A stretch of 64,000 nucleotides of DNA, from positions 196,342 through 260,341 of the forward strand of contig CAZIZX010000001.1 in the NCBI GenBank assembly GCA_964544275.1, written 5' to 3'. Origin of the DNA: an uncultured Gammaproteobacteria bacterium. Lineage in GTDB: Bacteria; Patescibacteriota; Microgenomatia; UBA12405. Each line of letters begins with the position of its first letter. Position 1 is the stretch's first letter. Made by a program: the position numbers and the translations under genes. Positions 28,046 through 37,528 of this stretch are shown here, piece after piece. The notes under the pieces were generated by a model that searched no databases, was not told the DNA's origin, and saw nothing but the letters and a program-made list of their open reading frames with translations.

Positions 28046-29362
28046 ATGAGTATTATTACACAACCAAACAAGGCTTTTTTATTACTAATTATCATTTTGG
28101 CCCTGTTTTTTCGGTTATACAATTTAGAAAACCGCTACTCTTTTGACTGGGACCAGGAAGACGACGCCGTCAAAGTCACCCAAATGATAAAGACTAAACA
28201 CCCCCGGCTTTTGGGTCCCCGTGTTGCCGGCGAAGAAGGATTTTTCGTCGGCCCTCAACACTATTATTTTTTGATTCCATTTTATCTTTTGACCAAACAA
28301 GATCCGATTGCTGGTGCCTACGCCTCAGTGTTTATCGGTATCTTAACTACCATTGTTTACTACTTAATCAGCCAAAAATTATTCAACCGAAAAATTGGCC
28401 TTTTTGCCTCTTTTATCTTTGCCATCAACCCCATCTTAACTAGCTGGAATGTCATGTATGCTCCCTTAATTTCCTTATTAATCTTTTTTTTATGTCTCCA
28501 AATCTTGAATGGCCAAACCAAATATTATCCTTTTTTATTCTTTGCTTTTTCATTTTCCGCCACCACTCACTTAGTTCCGGCATCTCTTATTATTCCTGTT
28601 ATTTTTAGTCTTTTAGTATCCCCAAAACCAAACAAAAAAACCTTCTTTATTTCTCTTTTCGTCTTTTTCATACCCCTTCTCCCTCTTATTATTTTCGATT
28701 TTAGAAATGATTTTCTCAACCTCAAAACAATTTTCACCTTTATCCAGTCCAGGTCAGTATCACAGTCTGTTCCAAATTATTTTCTAAGAAGCTTTTTTAG
28801 AAGCTTAAATATCTTTTTGCCTTTTGTTCCAGACTTTATCGGCCGCCTTTTGGCATTAATATTACTCCCACTATCAATCACCCTCTTTACCACCAAAAAA
28901 ACAAAACTTTTTTACCTTATCTGGATTCTTACTCCTCTCGTTTTATTGTCTCAATACCACGCCAGTATACCCGAATATTATTACGGGATGGTTACAGCCC
29001 TTCTGCCCCTGCTTATCTCATTTTTCGTAGTCAAACTCAAACAGCCCTTACTGATAATAACAATAATTTTAATATTTCTTCTGGAATTACCTGGTCTTTT
29101 TACAAAAAAAGCTAGCATATCGTTAAAAGTCAAAAAAGACACTGTTCAATACCTCAGCTACCAAACCCGAGACCAGCCATACAATGTATCATTTGACCTT
29201 CCCCTCGGCTGGCACACCGGTTACAACTACCTTTTTTCTTATTACCGAAACCCGCCTCAGGAAATTCCTCAGGCCCATCTTTATTCCATTTACTTACTGT
29301 CAGAACCTGCCACCGGCGAATTAGTTTACGAAAATAATCCACTCGGTGTTGTTAGAAAATAG
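28046..29362 (+). CDS. Polytopic membrane protein, putative GT-C-type glycosyltransferase; paralog of 24174-25676.
   Basis: FRLYNLENRYSFDWDQEDD...GPRVAGEEGFFVGPQHYYFLIPFYLL aligns with the N-terminus of the ORF at 24174. About 12 TM segments. The ORF track begins at 27959; I prefer the internal Met just before TM1. Confidence 0.45.
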   Translation: MSIITQPNKAFLLLIIILALFFRLYNLENRYSFDWDQEDDAVKVTQMIKTKHPRLLGPRVAGEEGFFVGPQHYYFLIPFYLLTKQDPIAGAYASVFIGILTTIVYYLISQKLFNRKIGLFASFIFAINPILTSWNVMYAPLISLLIFFLCLQILNGQTKYYPFLFFAFSFSATTHLVPASLIIPVIFSLLVSPKPNKKTFFISLFVFFIPLLPLIIFDFRNDFLNLKTIFTFIQSRSVSQSVPNYFLRSFFRSLNIFLPFVPDFIGRLLALILLPLSITLFTTKKTKLFYLIWILTPLVLLSQYHASIPEYYYGMVTALLPLLISFFVVKLKQPLLIITIILIFLLELPGLFTKKASISLKVKKDTVQYLSYQTRDQPYNVSFDLPLGWHTGYNYLFSYYRNPPQEIPQAHLYSIYLLSEPATGELVYENNPLGVVRK

Positions 29363-29370
29363 CTACTATT

Positions 29371-30159
29371 ATGTATAATCATCTTATGCAAAACAAAGTT
29401 TCCATTGTTATTCCCTGTTTTAACGAAGAGGACAATATTAAAAGAGGTGTTCTGGAACAAGTTTATCAATTTTTGCGCCGACAAAAATACGATTGGGAAG
29501 TATTAATCTGCAATGACGAGTCCACCGACAATAGCCTACGTCTTGCTCGCCAGTTTGCCTCAAAACACGATAATTTCTCAGTACTTAACCTGCCTCATGG
29601 CGGCAAACCTTCGGCTGTTTGGGGAGGAATTCAAAAAGCAAAATATCCGCTAGTTCTTTTTACCGACATGGATCAATCAACTCCGCTCGAAGAACTAAAC
29701 AAATTACTGCCGTTTTTCCAAAAAAATTACGATGTTGTTATTGGTTCCCGCGGCGTTCAGCGTCAAGGCAATTCCAATATCAGAAAATTAATGTCTCGAG
29801 TTTTTTTGCTTTTCAGAAGATCAATTTTATTGTCAGATATCACCGACACTCAATGTGGTTTTAAAGCATTCAAAACAGACGTCGCCAAGAAACTTTTTCC
29901 CCGACTTCAATTTTTTCAGGACAAAGATAATAAATCAGGCTGGAGAGTTTCTGCCTTCGATGTCGAATTATTGTTTATGGCCCAAAAGGCTGGCTACAAA
30001 ATCAAAGAAGTTCTGGTTGAATGGAAAAACGAAGATATCAGTACCACCAAAGGTGACGATTCAGCCAGATTCAAAAAAGAATCAAAACAAATGCTTCAGG
30101 AAATCTGGCGTGTCAAAAAAAATGATTTAATGGGAACTTATGACTCTGTCAAAAAATAA
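29371..30159 (+). CDS. GT2 polyprenyl-phosphate monosaccharide synthase (DPM1-like).
   Basis: VSIVIPCFNEEDNI, LICNDESTDNS, TDMDQSTP and TQCGFKAF. The C-terminal amphipathic region is as in DPM1/ArnC. Confidence 0.8.
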   Translation: MYNHLMQNKVSIVIPCFNEEDNIKRGVLEQVYQFLRRQKYDWEVLICNDESTDNSLRLARQFASKHDNFSVLNLPHGGKPSAVWGGIQKAKYPLVLFTDMDQSTPLEELNKLLPFFQKNYDVVIGSRGVQRQGNSNIRKLMSRVFLLFRRSILLSDITDTQCGFKAFKTDVAKKLFPRLQFFQDKDNKSGWRVSAFDVELLFMAQKAGYKIKEVLVEWKNEDISTTKGDDSARFKKESKQMLQEIWRVKKNDLMGTYDSVKK

Positions 30160-31666
30160 ATTAATTCCACTCTCCCTCCTTTTAGCTTGCCTGACTTATC
30201 TTTTTTCCAGAATTCAAAACCTCACCAGCCTACCCGTCTTTGGCGACGAGGCCATATATATTCGCTGGTCCCAGGTTATAAAAAACGTCGAAACCCTTCG
30301 CTTCATCCCTCTAACCGACGGCAAACAACCACTTTTTATGTGGCTGACCATTCCTTTCTTCAAACTATCCTCAGACCCGTTATTTTCCGCCCGACTCGTT
30401 TCCGTACTTTCCGGCTTGGGTATAACCCTTTTACTCTTCCTTGCCTCCTGTCTCATTTTTAATTACCAGTCAAAAGACAAAAATATCAAAACGTTTTTTA
30501 CGGACTCCCTTTCTTCAAATTTTCCCGCCACCCTAATTGCCCCAACAATCTACCTTTTACTGCCCTTCTCGTTCTTCTTTGACAGACTAGCGCTGGCCGA
30601 TACTCTTCTTAGTTTTTTTGGACTTTCAGCCCTCCTGCTCAGTTTTCTTCTCGGCAAATTTCACCGACTTGATCTTTCTTTTATCCTCGGTCTTGTTCTT
30701 GGTCTAGCCTGGATAACCAAATCACCGGCCATATACTTTATCGTTCTCTCCCTGCTTACTTTTCTAATTTTAAATTACAAAAAACCACTGACTTTAATTT
30801 ATCCCCTGGTATCCGTCTTTATGTCCTTCTTAATTTATAACCTGCTCCGGCTCGGTCCTCAATTCCACATGATCTCCCTCCGCAACCAAGATTATGTGTT
30901 TTCCCTCTCTGAAATATTGTCTCATCCTCTCGACCCGTTTATTCCACACCTATCCGATATTTACGCTATATTTTCACACTATATTTCCTTGCCCCTAATC
31001 GCTTTTTTTTACTTTCTGATTTCAGCTCTAAAAAACAAAAAAGTATCCTGGGTTCACCTCACACTTTTTCTCTGGTTCATATCCCCCTTACTTTCCAATG
31101 CCGTTTTTGCCAAGACTTTTACCGCCCGTTACATACTCTACATTCTGCCTTCTTTTATTCTCCTATTCTCTCTCTTAATCTCCCGGTCAGCACTGTTAAT
31201 CAAACATAAACATTGGCGGTTTGTTCTTGCCCTCTTGTTCATCCCTGGATTCTTGTGGGTAATCGGTATCTCCCGCTCTCCTTTTACCCAAAAATTACCA
31301 CCCACCGACGCCGGCTATTTGACCGATTGGACCTCGGGGTGGGGAATCAAGGAAAGTGCTTCTTTCCTGATTGACAGATCAAGACAAAATAACGTTATTG
31401 TTGGTACCGAAGGCGCTTTCGGAACTCTTCCCAACGGACTCCAAATCTATACTGATGGCACCAATAATTTAACAGTTATTGGTCTGGGATTAGGTTTTGA
31501 CACCATTCCTTCGAACCTCGTCGATGCCAAAAACCATGGCGACGAGGTCTATATGCTGATAAACCAGTCCCGCCTGGTATTATTACCCGACGAAATTGCC
31601 AAACTAAAAACAATTCACCAATACCTCAAACCTGACGGAGACAAGCTCTTACTCCTACAAATATAA
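30140..31666 (+). CDS. GT-C glycosyltransferase, ArnT/PMT-like.
   Basis: N-terminal LPVFGDEAIYIRWSQVI...GKQPLFMWL (DEA.Y motif). Polytopic. It sits directly downstream of, and overlaps, a DPM1-like GT2. Confidence 0.65.
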   Translation: MTLSKNKLIPLSLLLACLTYLFSRIQNLTSLPVFGDEAIYIRWSQVIKNVETLRFIPLTDGKQPLFMWLTIPFFKLSSDPLFSARLVSVLSGLGITLLLFLASCLIFNYQSKDKNIKTFFTDSLSSNFPATLIAPTIYLLLPFSFFFDRLALADTLLSFFGLSALLLSFLLGKFHRLDLSFILGLVLGLAWITKSPAIYFIVLSLLTFLILNYKKPLTLIYPLVSVFMSFLIYNLLRLGPQFHMISLRNQDYVFSLSEILSHPLDPFIPHLSDIYAIFSHYISLPLIAFFYFLISALKNKKVSWVHLTLFLWFISPLLSNAVFAKTFTARYILYILPSFILLFSLLISRSALLIKHKHWRFVLALLFIPGFLWVIGISRSPFTQKLPPTDAGYLTDWTSGWGIKESASFLIDRSRQNNVIVGTEGAFGTLPNGLQIYTDGTNNLTVIGLGLGFDTIPSNLVDAKNHGDEVYMLINQSRLVLLPDEIAKLKTIHQYLKPDGDKLLLLQI

Positions 31667-31684
31667 ATCATGTAGAATACAAGA

Positions 31685-33427
31685 ATGCTCAAAGCCTTAA
31701 TTCCCAAGAACAAGCTCGGTTGGTTGTTCTATGTCGTTTTATTCACTGTTCCCACCTATTTTTTTCTCATCTCTCACCCCGGACAATATTACAACATGCA
31801 CGACGACATGCAAATGATTCGTCAATTGGAATTTGAGAACTGCATCCAGGATGGTCAAATCCCTTGCCGTTGGAACTCAAACATGGGCCATGGTTATGGT
31901 TATCCTTTGTTTAATTTCTACCCTCCGCTGCCCTACATTGTTGGCCAAGTTTTCAGGACATTTCAACTATCTTTTGTTGAAACAGCCAAGTTAGTCGCCG
32001 TTTCTCACTTTGTTTTAACTTCGATTTTCATGTTTATTTTGGCCTCCTCTATATTTGGTAACATTGGCGGTTTTATCTCGGCTTTATTTTTCTCATATGC
32101 CCCGTACCACGCACTAAATATTTACGTTCGTGGTGCCTACAACGAAGCCTGGGCCGCTGCTTTTTTCCCTCTCGTTTTTTATTTTTCCAGAAACATTATT
32201 CTTCATCAAAAAAACCGTCATTTGTCCGTTATTGGGCTGGCTCTAGCCTATGCCGGCATCTTTCTTTCCCATAACCCCATGGCCATGACTTTTGCTCCGG
32301 CGCTGTTAGTCTGGATAATCTTTTGGCTATTCCAAAAGCACAAACAAAACCTTAAAGCCTACATCAAACCACTCCTCCGGTTACTTTCAGCTGGGGCGAT
32401 ATCTTTGGGCTTATCCGCCTTCTTTACCTTGCCTGTCATCTTCGAATCATCTTTGGTCCAAATAGAAACCATGTTTCAAAACTACTATAGTTTTCAAACC
32501 CATTTTACCACCATCAGGCAACTCTTTTTCAGCAACTATTGGGGAGACGGCGCCTCTATTTGGGGACCGGGAGATGGGATGTCTTTTATGATTGGGTTCT
32601 TACAATGGATGGTCCCATCACTAACCTTGATTTTTTTTGGTTTCAATTATCTAAAACACAAAAAAATCAACAAATACTTCTATCTAACAATAATGCTGGT
32701 AATTCTGTCGTTTTTCTACAGTTTTTTGACCCACGAAAGATCAGCCTTTATTTGGACCCAACTATCCATACTTCAAAAAATTCAATTCCCCTGGCGGTTG
32801 CTAAATCAAGCAGTCTTCTTGTTCTCACTAGCAGCTGGATCGGCTTATTACGCATTATCGAAATTAACAACAAATAAACTAGTTAGATCTACCGTAATTA
32901 CACTGCTTCTTCTTTCTCTCTACCTTACCAACATCTCCTTTTTTAAACCCTTTGTCTATGCTCCACTAACCGACCAAGATAAATTCTCAGGTTTTGCTTG
33001 GACCACCCAAATTACCTCGAATATTTATGATTATCTGCCTAAAACAGCCTCAAAAGCACCCGATGGTCCAGCTGGCGAATATATTGATCAAGTCAGTTCA
33101 CCGGACTACGAACTATATGGTCAAAAAAAGGGGACCGACTGGATGTTTTTTAACATCAAACTTGCAAACCAATCCTCTGTTACTATAGCCAGGTTCGCTT
33201 TCCCCGAACTAAAAGTATTTGTCAACAACGCCCAAGTAGACTACAAAATCGAACCCGTATTGGGTAGGGTGGTACTTGATCTGGAACCCGGGAATCACGT
33301 TGTCTACCTCAAACTTTACAATACACCCATAAGAACCATCTCTAATTACATTTCCCTCATAACTTGGTCAGGAATTGTCATCTATTGCCTCAAACCCCTA
33401 TGGAAAAAACCAATATCCAGGAACTAA
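31685..33427 (+). CDS. Large polytopic membrane protein of unknown family, with a periplasmic-loop acidic motif (MHDDMQMIRQLEF...GQIPCRW); candidate GT-C or oligosaccharide polymerase/transferase.
   Basis: 580 aa with about 13 TM segments. A conserved-looking DD motif lies in the first extracytoplasmic loop, and the soluble C-terminal domain is ~150 aa. It lies immediately upstream of the flippase. Confidence 0.35.
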   Translation: MLKALIPKNKLGWLFYVVLFTVPTYFFLISHPGQYYNMHDDMQMIRQLEFENCIQDGQIPCRWNSNMGHGYGYPLFNFYPPLPYIVGQVFRTFQLSFVETAKLVAVSHFVLTSIFMFILASSIFGNIGGFISALFFSYAPYHALNIYVRGAYNEAWAAAFFPLVFYFSRNIILHQKNRHLSVIGLALAYAGIFLSHNPMAMTFAPALLVWIIFWLFQKHKQNLKAYIKPLLRLLSAGAISLGLSAFFTLPVIFESSLVQIETMFQNYYSFQTHFTTIRQLFFSNYWGDGASIWGPGDGMSFMIGFLQWMVPSLTLIFFGFNYLKHKKINKYFYLTIMLVILSFFYSFLTHERSAFIWTQLSILQKIQFPWRLLNQAVFLFSLAAGSAYYALSKLTTNKLVRSTVITLLLLSLYLTNISFFKPFVYAPLTDQDKFSGFAWTTQITSNIYDYLPKTASKAPDGPAGEYIDQVSSPDYELYGQKKGTDWMFFNIKLANQSSVTIARFAFPELKVFVNNAQVDYKIEPVLGRVVLDLEPGNHVVYLKLYNTPIRTISNYISLITWSGIVIYCLKPLWKKPISRN

Positions 33428-34875
33428 AGCAAAAAACAACCACCAGTATCTTTTTCCTCTCACTGAGAAATATTGGAATTCAGGCTATATCAACTGTTGG
33501 TTTTTTTCTGCTCACCATTCTACTTGGCACAGGTGAAGTTGGCTTATTTGCTATCGTGGCTGAATCTATCGGTATCTTGGGCTATTTTTCAGATGTAGGT
33601 CTGGCTTCAGCCCTTATCCAGCAAAAAGAGAAAATCAAAAAGATTGAACTGCAAACCACTTTCCTTATTCAACAAACACTTGTGGCGTTATCTCTTACAG
33701 CAGTAGCCTTGTTTTACTCCCGCTTCAGTGCTGCCAGAGGTTACGGGCCAAAAGAATTCTGGATTCTTATCTCACTTTGCTACTCTTTTGCAGCCGCTTC
33801 ACTCAAGACCATTCCATCTGTCCAGCTGGAAAGAAATCTCAACTTTAAACTCTTTTCCATCATCGATGTTTCCGAAAATATCACTTTTTACTTCTTTGCC
33901 GTCCTTTTCGCCTTTTTAGGTTTCGAGGGCTATTCCTATGCTATCGCCATTTTTATCCGAAGCACTCTAGGACTGATCCTCATGTATCGCTTCAGTCCTT
34001 GGCCCATCGGTTTTGCTTTCTCAAAAGAATCAGCCAAAAAACTATTTAAGTTTGGCATACCTTTTCAACTCAACTCTTTTATCGCCCTGGCCAAAGACCG
34101 CCTGTCAAATTTACTGGTTGCCGGCATTATCGGTCGGGAAGCCTTTGGCATTTTATCCTGGGCCCAAAAAGGACCCAGAATACCCCTAAGTTTCATGGAC
34201 GCCGTTATGAAAGTTACCTTCCCAACCTTCTCCCGTATCCAGGATCAAACCGATATTCTCAAACGTTCCATCGAAAAGAGCATTTTCTTCATATCTTTAT
34301 TGGTTTTCCCTTCGCTTGTCGGTATCTCCCTTTTAGCGCCCGACATAATTAACTTTATCCCACGATACTCCAAATGGGCTCCGGCTATCTTACCCCTATA
34401 TTTATATGCCATCAATGCTGCCGTTGCTTCTATTACCACTCCTCTAACTAACGCTTTCAATGCCGTCGGCAAAATCACCACTACCACCAAACTCATGATC
34501 ATGTGGACCGTCCTAACCTGGATTTTTTACCCCATACTAAGTTCCCGTTACGGTTACATTGGTACCGCTATCGCTTCATTGATCGTCGGCAGCAGCTCGA
34601 TTGTCGTCTGGATTTTGGCCGCCAAAATTTTCAAAGTTAATGTCCTTAGTAACATCAAAAATTCACTCATCGGCTCTTTTTTCATGTCCATATTTCTAAT
34701 AGCCTTAAATTACACCAACTTACCTCTAATTTTTCTGATCCCGGCCAAAATTATTTTCGGGGCTGTCACCTATTTACTGGTACAACTATTAATCTCTTCC
34801 AGTCAAATTAATTGGTTTTTGGCCCAAATTAAAATTATCAAAAATAGAAAACAAGTCCCGATTTCCACTCCATGA
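33400..34875 (+). CDS. wzx: Wzx-type oligosaccharide flippase (polysaccharide biosynthesis protein, MOP superfamily).
   Basis: About 14 TM segments. The N-terminal SLRNIGIQAISTVGFFLLTILLGTGEVGLFAIVAESIGILGYFSDVGLASALIQ is typical of Wzx/RfbX flippases. Confidence 0.75.
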   Translation: MEKTNIQELKQKTTTSIFFLSLRNIGIQAISTVGFFLLTILLGTGEVGLFAIVAESIGILGYFSDVGLASALIQQKEKIKKIELQTTFLIQQTLVALSLTAVALFYSRFSAARGYGPKEFWILISLCYSFAAASLKTIPSVQLERNLNFKLFSIIDVSENITFYFFAVLFAFLGFEGYSYAIAIFIRSTLGLILMYRFSPWPIGFAFSKESAKKLFKFGIPFQLNSFIALAKDRLSNLLVAGIIGREAFGILSWAQKGPRIPLSFMDAVMKVTFPTFSRIQDQTDILKRSIEKSIFFISLLVFPSLVGISLLAPDIINFIPRYSKWAPAILPLYLYAINAAVASITTPLTNAFNAVGKITTTTKLMIMWTVLTWIFYPILSSRYGYIGTAIASLIVGSSSIVVWILAAKIFKVNVLSNIKNSLIGSFFMSIFLIALNYTNLPLIFLIPAKIIFGAVTYLLVQLLISSSQINWFLAQIKIIKNRKQVPISTP

Positions 34876-36575
34876 AAAAAACAGGCTTTTTTGGCCCGAT
34901 CCTCCTCATCCTTCTTTCTTCGGCCATAATTTCCATGACCATGGTCAGAAGCGGACTTTTATATGACTTTGGCATCGGCTTCTGGGGCCCAAATGGTCAC
35001 GATGCCATCTGGCACCTGAGCCTTATCAACCAACTAAAACAAAACATTCCACCCCTAAATCCCGTCTTCTCCAGCTCAATTTTAAAGAACTACCACTGGG
35101 GGTTTAATCTCCTTACCGCCATTATTTCCAAAATTACTTCTATTAATCCATCAACACTCTACTTCCAAATTTTACCCATAATCTTTGCCCTGCTTTTGGG
35201 AACTCTTTCTTTTTATCTGGCTTATAAATTAACTCGAAGCCATCGACAAGCTCTGATTTTCACTTTTCTTAATTATTTCGCCGGTTCGTTCGGTTTCTTG
35301 TATACCCTGGCAACTACATCTTCCATCGGCGGTGAATCGTTGTTTTGGTCGATGCAATCATCTTCAATTCTACTCAATCCACCTTATGCCCTATCCATAC
35401 TCATACTGCTTTTGGGATTTATATTATATTTTAACCAAAAAATAAATTACAAAAAGGCCTTCTTTATCGGATTTTTCTTCAGTTTACTCACACTCACAAA
35501 AATTTACGCCGCCATCATATTTGGCGGTACTCTGGCAACTTACATTGTCATCCAATACCTAACCACCAAAAAAATTATCAAAACAGACCTTGTCCTCCTC
35601 CTCTCCTTCTCTTCTTTTTTCCTACTTTTTGGTTATTCCCTCGGAGTTTTCTCTTCTCAATCTCTTATTGTTTTCCACCCCCTCTGGTTTGCTCACACCA
35701 TGATCGAATCAACGGACAAATTTTACTTACCCCGTCTCGCCTCCTACCGCTTCAACCTCTCCCAAAATCTTAATCTTATCAAACTGCCAGTTTTCTTCTT
35801 CATCGAATTTGTCCTCACGCTTATTTTCATTGTCGGCAACACCGGTATCCGCCTGTTTGGGCTATCAGAAATTGTCCGTCACCTAAAATCAAACAAAGTA
35901 ATCACCAAGTCAACGTTATTTTTACTTCTGTTCCTGACACTCTCTCTCCTCTTTCCTCTTTTGTTTATTCAAAAAGGAACCCCTTGGAACACCATCCAAT
36001 TTTTTTACTACTTTCTACTTATTCTAAATTTCTTTACCGCCGCCTATCTATCAAAATTGTTTGAAAAATCCAAAGTATTGGTTGTCATAATTTTACTTCT
36101 TTCCTCTACTACCTCATTTTCCTCCCTCAAAGATTACTTTGGCTTTCCCCCCCCCAGCGCAATTCCCACCTCGGAAGTCAAAGCTCTCTCTTTTCTCTCA
36201 ACCCAAAAACCTGGTATCATTCTTACCTTTCCTTTTGATAAATACAAGAAAAATGAACTAAAGTTACCCACACCTCTTCCGCTCTATCTTTATGAAACAA
36301 CAGCCTATGTTTCTGCTTTCACTCAAATGCCCACCTTTATCGATGACGAAATGAACCTAGACATAACCGGATTTAACTGGCAGGACAGAAAGAACCAGGT
36401 AACTAATTTCTACCAATCAACCGATCCGATCACTTCCCGGGGTTTATTGATAAACAACGATATTTCATACATATATCTAGTTAATCATCAGAATCTCAGC
36501 CTGAGCACCATCCAGCTCGGTCTTGACCTGATATATAATCAGGACAACGTTAGGATATACCGCGTCCAAAGGTGA
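34872..36575 (+). CDS. Large polytopic membrane protein, unknown family; candidate Wzy-like polymerase or en-bloc glycan transferase.
   Basis: 567 aa. The N-terminal 400 aa are multi-TM (WGPNGHDAIWHLSLI motif in loop 1), and the C-terminal ~150 aa are soluble. It is translationally coupled to wzx by an ATGA overlap. Confidence 0.3.
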   Translation: MKKTGFFGPILLILLSSAIISMTMVRSGLLYDFGIGFWGPNGHDAIWHLSLINQLKQNIPPLNPVFSSSILKNYHWGFNLLTAIISKITSINPSTLYFQILPIIFALLLGTLSFYLAYKLTRSHRQALIFTFLNYFAGSFGFLYTLATTSSIGGESLFWSMQSSSILLNPPYALSILILLLGFILYFNQKINYKKAFFIGFFFSLLTLTKIYAAIIFGGTLATYIVIQYLTTKKIIKTDLVLLLSFSSFFLLFGYSLGVFSSQSLIVFHPLWFAHTMIESTDKFYLPRLASYRFNLSQNLNLIKLPVFFFIEFVLTLIFIVGNTGIRLFGLSEIVRHLKSNKVITKSTLFLLLFLTLSLLFPLLFIQKGTPWNTIQFFYYFLLILNFFTAAYLSKLFEKSKVLVVIILLLSSTTSFSSLKDYFGFPPPSAIPTSEVKALSFLSTQKPGIILTFPFDKYKKNELKLPTPLPLYLYETTAYVSAFTQMPTFIDDEMNLDITGFNWQDRKNQVTNFYQSTDPITSRGLLINNDISYIYLVNHQNLSLSTIQLGLDLIYNQDNVRIYRVQR

Positions 36576-36591
36576 TAAACTATAGACAACC

Positions 36592-37527
36592 ATGAAAAAC
36601 CAACCCCTTATTTCGGCGGTAATTAATGTCCGAAACGAAGCTGATGTTTTAAATAAATGTCTCCAATCTTTAACCAATTTTGCCGACGAAATCATTGTTG
36701 TTGACATGCATTCAATTGACGGTTCTGCCCAAATAGCCCAAAAGTATGGTGCCAAAGTTTTTCCTTATCGGCCCATGAAAGTAGTCGAACCCGCCCGCAA
36801 CTTCGCTCTTTCCAAAGCTACCGGTAAATGGATAATTCTGCTTGATCCCGACGAGTATCTAAACAAAACCCTAAAAAAAGAACTCAAAAAAATAACTCAA
36901 AGATCGGATGTTGATTTCGTCAAAATCCCTCGCAAGAATATTATCTTCGGCAAATGGATCCGTCATAGCAACAGTTGGCCGGATTACCTCATCCGTTTTT
37001 TCAAAAAAAATCACGTCACCTGGAAAAAAGAAATTCACAGTCAGCCAGCCACCAAAGGTGTCGGCTTGACTCTACTGGATTCAGAAAAACTCGCCATCCG
37101 CCACCTTAATTATCGATCAGTCACCTCATTCATCCAAAGGGCCATCAGATACAGCGGAGTTCAGGCTGATGAACTCAAATCGCTAGATTATAAACTCAAA
37201 ACCAGTGACTTCATCCTCAAACCGGCCCAAGAATTCAACAGCCGCTTTTTTTCTGCTGAAGGTTACAAAGACGGCTGGCACGGTCTGGTTTTCTCTCTTC
37301 TCCAGGCATTCGCTGTCTGCCTGGTCTACATCCGTCTCTGGGAAAAACAAGGCTCCCGCGACAAACCGCTATCCAAAGAATCTTTTGTCTCTGCCAGCCA
37401 GGAAACAGTCTACGAATATAGTTATTGGTTTACCAGATATTTTAGCCAGGAATATACCCTAAATTATTTCAAAATATTTTTTATAAAATTCAGACATCTG
37501 CTGGACCGCTTCACCAAAAACTTTTAA
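36592..37527 (+). CDS. GT2 glycosyltransferase (WaaE/KdtX-like subfamily).
   Basis: ISAVINVRNEADVL...ADEIIVVDMHSIDGSAQIA and ILLDPDE (DxD). The C-terminal amphipathic W..G..G motif is shared with the ORFs at 38437 and 47519. Confidence 0.75.
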   Translation: MKNQPLISAVINVRNEADVLNKCLQSLTNFADEIIVVDMHSIDGSAQIAQKYGAKVFPYRPMKVVEPARNFALSKATGKWIILLDPDEYLNKTLKKELKKITQRSDVDFVKIPRKNIIFGKWIRHSNSWPDYLIRFFKKNHVTWKKEIHSQPATKGVGLTLLDSEKLAIRHLNYRSVTSFIQRAIRYSGVQADELKSLDYKLKTSDFILKPAQEFNSRFFSAEGYKDGWHGLVFSLLQAFAVCLVYIRLWEKQGSRDKPLSKESFVSASQETVYEYSYWFTRYFSQEYTLNYFKIFFIKFRHLLDRFTKNF

Positions 37528-37528
37528 T

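Noticed and set aside
25673-28122. Possibility that the minus-strand ORFs 27316-28122 and 25673-27346 are one frameshifted gene
   Set aside because: The downstream ORF has its own complete ArnT-type N-terminus (TM1 plus the DE..Y loop at residue ~40), so it is an intact gene. The upstream ORF is a separate membrane protein.
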